Part shown: positions 60,540 to 64,000 of the stretch, piece by piece
Position numbering within the stretch: the stretch's first letter is position 1
Layout of the letters: each line of letters opens with the position of its first letter
NCBI GenBank assembly: GCA_043228905.1
Contig: JBHGNT010000003.1
Span: forward strand, 19,406,001 to 19,470,000
From: Azolla caroliniana
Taxonomy: Eukaryota; Plantae; Polypodiophyta
Direction of reading: 5' to 3'
Length of the DNA: 64,000 bases
Position numbers and translations under genes: made by a program
The notes under the pieces: generated by a model
The model's input: the letters and a program-made list of their open reading frames with translations, nothing else
What the model was told of the DNA's origin: nothing
Databases searched by the model: none

Positions 60540-63500
60540 TGATGAAAAATCGATCAACACTTTCCAAACTTCACCACTCGGCCACAACCAAGGAAACACA
60601 CGAATCGTTGTTGCAGAAAATAGGAAATGAGAAAAATAGAGTGGACACACGATTTAACGTGGAAAACCCTGTACGGGAAAAACCACGGGAGTCCAAGACT
60701 CCAAACCAACACTATACACAGAGAAGTATACAATGGCAAGCTGCAAGGCGACGACCTTGAGCTCGCTGTCCTCGCCACAGGCGGCGGAAATACACAGAGG
60801 CGTCGACCTCTTCCTCTCCCTCTCACGCTCTATCTCTCTCACGGCTGCTCTCACTTCACTCCTCTTGAGTGGAAAAACAGAAAAATGATAAGCAACATTA
60901 AAACCAATTGCCCTAAGTCATATTTATACATATATGACTTTGGGGCTATTTACAACTATAGCCTCAGGGGCCCTTAGCAAACATATTCACGGATATGTCC
61001 CTGCATCCGGATCTCTCCCCGGGTACATTCGTCATCCGGCTCCGAAACCGGGGTCTTCATCATCCGGTTCCGAAACCGAAACCGGGCTCGTCGGCATTCA
61101 TCTCCGACATCCGACCATCCCATCCGAAGGGACCGTAATCCCAACAAAACTCCCCCTTCACTTCGGCATGGGGTGTCTTTCCAATCCGATCCTCTTCCGG
61201 CATGCTTCCAGCTTGTCGGGTGTGAGCACCTTGGTCAGCATATCCGACCCGTTCTCGTCCGTGTGGATCTTCGTCAGCACGAACTCCTTGTCTTCTATCC
61301 TTTCCCGGATCCAGTGGTATCTACACTGGATGTGTTTCGTCCGGGAATGGTAGGCCGCGTTTTTTGCAAGGTGGATGGCGCTCTGACTATCGCAGTAGAG
61401 TCGGTACTCCTCCTGCCGGATCCCGAGCTCTCTAATGAAGTCCTTCATCCATATTATTTCCTTGCCGGCTTCAACAGCTGCCATGTACTCCGCCTCCGTG
61501 GTTGACAACGCAACCGTCTTCTGCAGCCTCGACTGCCACGAAACGGCTCCCCCTGCATACGTCATCACATACCCTGATGTGGACCGGCTGGTATCTGCAT
61601 CAGCCGACATATCCGAATCGGTGAAGCCGTCGAGTTCGGGCTTACCGGAGCCGAATCGGAGGCACACGTTTGCCGTGCCCTTTAGGTATCGGAGTATCCA
61701 CTTGACCGCGTTCCAATGCTCTTTGCCGGGATTGCTCATGTACCGGCTCACCACTCCGACTGCATATCCTATGTCCGGTCGGGTACACACCATCGCGTAC
61801 ATCAAGCTCCCGACGGCAGAGGCATATGGTACTTTCATCATGTCCTCCTTCTCAGCCTTTGTCTTGGGGCTTTGCTTGCTGGACAGCTTGCAGTTTGCCG
61901 GGAATGTTGACCCGACCGGTCTTGCTTCCGACATGTTGAACCGGTGAAGCACCTTTGTCACGTACTTCTCCTGTGACAGCCACAACTGCTTCTTCTTCCG
62001 GTCCTGGATGATATGCATCCCTAGTATTTGCCTCGCCGGACCCAGGTCCTTCATTGAGAAGGTTCGGTGAAGAGCCTTCTTCAGCATCCGTATCTTGACC
62101 TGGTCCCGTCCGACGATCAACATGTCGTCCACGTACAGGAGGAGTATTAGAAAGTCTCCTCCTTCGAACTTCTTTACAAACACGCAGTGGTCGGACTGCG
62201 TTTTGAGGTACCCTTCGTCGGTCATGAAGGAGTCGAACTTCCGGTACCATTGCCGGGGGGCCTGCTTCAGTCCGTAGAGGCTCTTCTTCAACCGGCATAC
62301 CAGGTGCTCCTTCCCTTTCTTCTCGAATCCTTCCGGTTGCTGCATGTAGATCTCTTCTTCGAGGTCACCGTGAAGGAATGCCGTCTTCACGTCCATCTGT
62401 TCTACCTCGAGGTCCATGCTTGCCGCTATGCTCAGCACCGTCCGGATGGAGGTCATCTTCACTACCGGGGCAAATATCTCGTCGAAGTCGACGCCCTTCT
62501 TCTGCTGAAACCCCTTCACCACGATCCTGGCTTTGTATCTCGGGGGGTTTCCGGCATCTCCCGGTTTCAGCTTGAACACCCATTTGTTTCGAAGTGCCCG
62601 CTTTCCTTTCGGCAACTCCACAAGTTCATATGTGTGGTTCTCATGCAGGGAATCCATCTCGTCCTGCATGGCACTCAACCACCTGCGGCTCTGGGTGTCA
62701 TGCTTTGCTTCTTCAAAGCTCTCCGGCTCCCCCTCGTCGGTTAGCAGCACGTGCTCTGGTTCCGGAAATCTCCGGGGGGCCCTTCTCTCTCTTAGAGGAT
62801 ATCTCCGTTCCGGAGCTTCGGTAACCGGTTCTTCCGATTCTTCTTCATCCGAATCCATTTCGGGATCGGGGCCGGTTCCGGTATCATTTTCATCTTCTTC
62901 GGCCGGTTCTGTTTCTTCACCGTCTTCGGCCGGATCCTCGAGTGCTAACCGGTCCCTTGCCGGTCGGGACTGCTCCTCGTTGAGTTGATCCTCACCGGTC
63001 GACTTTGAGCTCTTCATCTTCTTCTCCGACTCCCAGTCGGCGAGTGTCTTGTCCTCCATGAAGATGATGTCTCGACTCCTGAATATCTTCTTGTCGACCG
63101 GGTCCCATACTCGGTAGCCGAACTCATCGTCGCCGTAACCGAGGAATATGCATGGCCGGGTCTTTGGATCTAGCTTTCCTCTCCGGTCCTTTGCCACATG
63201 CACGTATGCGAGACACCCGAACACCTTCAGATGCCGGTAGGACACTTCCTTACCGGTCCACACTTTCTGCGGCGTGTCTCCGTCCAAAGGTACTGAGGGT
63301 GATCTGTTTATCACGTATGTCGCCGTCGACATTGCCTCAGCCCAAAACCCCTTGGGTAATTTCGCATGCGCCAGCATACTCCGGACCCTCTCCATTATGG
63401 TCCGGTTCATCCTCTCGGCCAGCCCGTTTAGTTCCGGCGTCTTCGGCACAGTAAACTCGAGCCGGATTCCCTTCAAGCGACAATACTCCTGGAACTGCCC

Positions 63501-64000
63501 CCGGTATTCCCCTCCGTTATCCGCTCGTATCGCTTTCAGCTTCTTGCCGGATTCCCTTTCCACTCTCGCGTGGAGTTCTTTGAAGACGCACAACACTTGG
63601 TCCTTTGTCTTCAACGGTGCCGTCCACAGCTTCCGGCTGTGATCATCAATGAATGTTACGAAATACTGGGCTCCACCATGTGACTTCGTTTCTACCTGAC
63701 ACACATCAGTGTGCACCAACTCTAATGGTGCGCTACGTCTCGTCGGTGGCCTTGAATGGAAGGAGGTTCGGTTCTGCTTACCGGCCAGGCAATCGGTGCA
63801 CTTCTCCAGGTGTACTTGCTTCACTGGAATAAGGTTGTCTTCTGCAAGCCTCTTCATCCCCTTCTCACTCATGTGGCACAGTCTTTTGTGCCACAGCTCA
63901 CCGGCAGTGTCGACTGCCACATTCAGCTCTTCCGGACATAACCGGGCATTCATTAGGTACAGTGTGTTGTCTTTCCGGGCCCGAGCCACTATCAGGCTCC
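60540..64000 (-). mobile_element. Ty1/Copia element C3, 3' part; continues beyond the window
   Basis: 3' LTR 60540-61146; PPT; pol closely related to C1. Confidence 0.93.
61158..64000 (-). CDS. pol: Copia pol (IN-RT-RNase H), open to the window edge
   Basis: At least 943 codons uninterrupted; RADNGGEY, LLLYVDDML, FTDSD, YCDSQS. Confidence 0.95.
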   Translation of the reverse strand, partial: SLIVARARKDNTLYLMNARLCPEELNVAVDTAGELWHKRLCHMSEKGMKRLAEDNLIPVKQVHLEKCTDCLAGKQNRTSFHSRPPTRRSAPLELVHTDVCQVETKSHGGAQYFVTFIDDHSRKLWTAPLKTKDQVLCVFKELHARVERESGKKLKAIRADNGGEYRGQFQEYCRLKGIRLEFTVPKTPELNGLAERMNRTIMERVRSMLAHAKLPKGFWAEAMSTATYVINRSPSVPLDGDTPQKVWTGKEVSYRHLKVFGCLAYVHVAKDRRGKLDPKTRPCIFLGYGDDEFGYRVWDPVDKKIFRSRDIIFMEDKTLADWESEKKMKSSKSTGEDQLNEEQSRPARDRLALEDPAEDGEETEPAEEDENDTGTGPDPEMDSDEEESEEPVTEAPERRYPLRERRAPRRFPEPEHVLLTDEGEPESFEEAKHDTQSRRWLSAMQDEMDSLHENHTYELVELPKGKRALRNKWVFKLKPGDAGNPPRYKARIVVKGFQQKKGVDFDEIFAPVVKMTSIRTVLSIAASMDLEVEQMDVKTAFLHGDLEEEIYMQQPEGFEKKGKEHLVCRLKKSLYGLKQAPRQWYRKFDSFMTDEGYLKTQSDHCVFVKKFEGGDFLILLLYVDDMLIVGRDQVKIRMLKKALHRTFSMKDLGPARQILGMHIIQDRKKKQLWLSQEKYVTKVLHRFNMSEARPVGSTFPANCKLSSKQSPKTKAEKEDMMKVPYASAVGSLMYAMVCTRPDIGYAVGVVSRYMSNPGKEHWNAVKWILRYLKGTANVCLRFGSGKPELDGFTDSDMSADADTSRSTSGYVMTYAGGAVSWQSRLQKTVALSTTEAEYMAAVEAGKEIIWMKDFIRELGIRQEEYRLYCDSQSAIHLAKNAAYHSRTKHIQCRYHWIRERIEDKEFVLTKIHTDENGSDMLTKVLTPDKLEACRKRIGLERHPMPK

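Overview
This is a gene-free plant heterochromatin-type window made almost entirely of nested LTR retrotransposons. A non-seed land plant such as a fern, lycophyte or moss is likely (inference from a Tcn1-like chromovirus). I resolved about 15 insertions by hand using LTR termini, PBS, PPT and TSD. They comprise three related minus-strand Ty1/Copia elements plus Copia fragments, two chromoviruses, two tRNA-Ala-type Gypsy pieces, a Gypsy with a long extra 3' ORF, and five members of a tRNA-Trp-primed Gypsy family with TGTCG...CGACA termini. Most notable: every insertion of the Trp family sits at an NCGN target (4-bp TSDs GCGC/ACGC, ACGT, ACGT, ACGG; CCGG seen on one side only), suggesting CpG-directed integration. 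The family also has a D-H-G protease motif and a Gag-PR / -1 frameshift / RT-IN layout. Other highlights: a 56-nt-periodic hairpin array inside a putative 1.56-kb leader intron of a chromovirus, tRNA-like Pol III modules embedded in three unrelated families, a Tf1-type self-priming site, and four -1 frameshift signals with downstream stems or pseudoknots. No host gene was recognised. All calls are by eye, without database searches.
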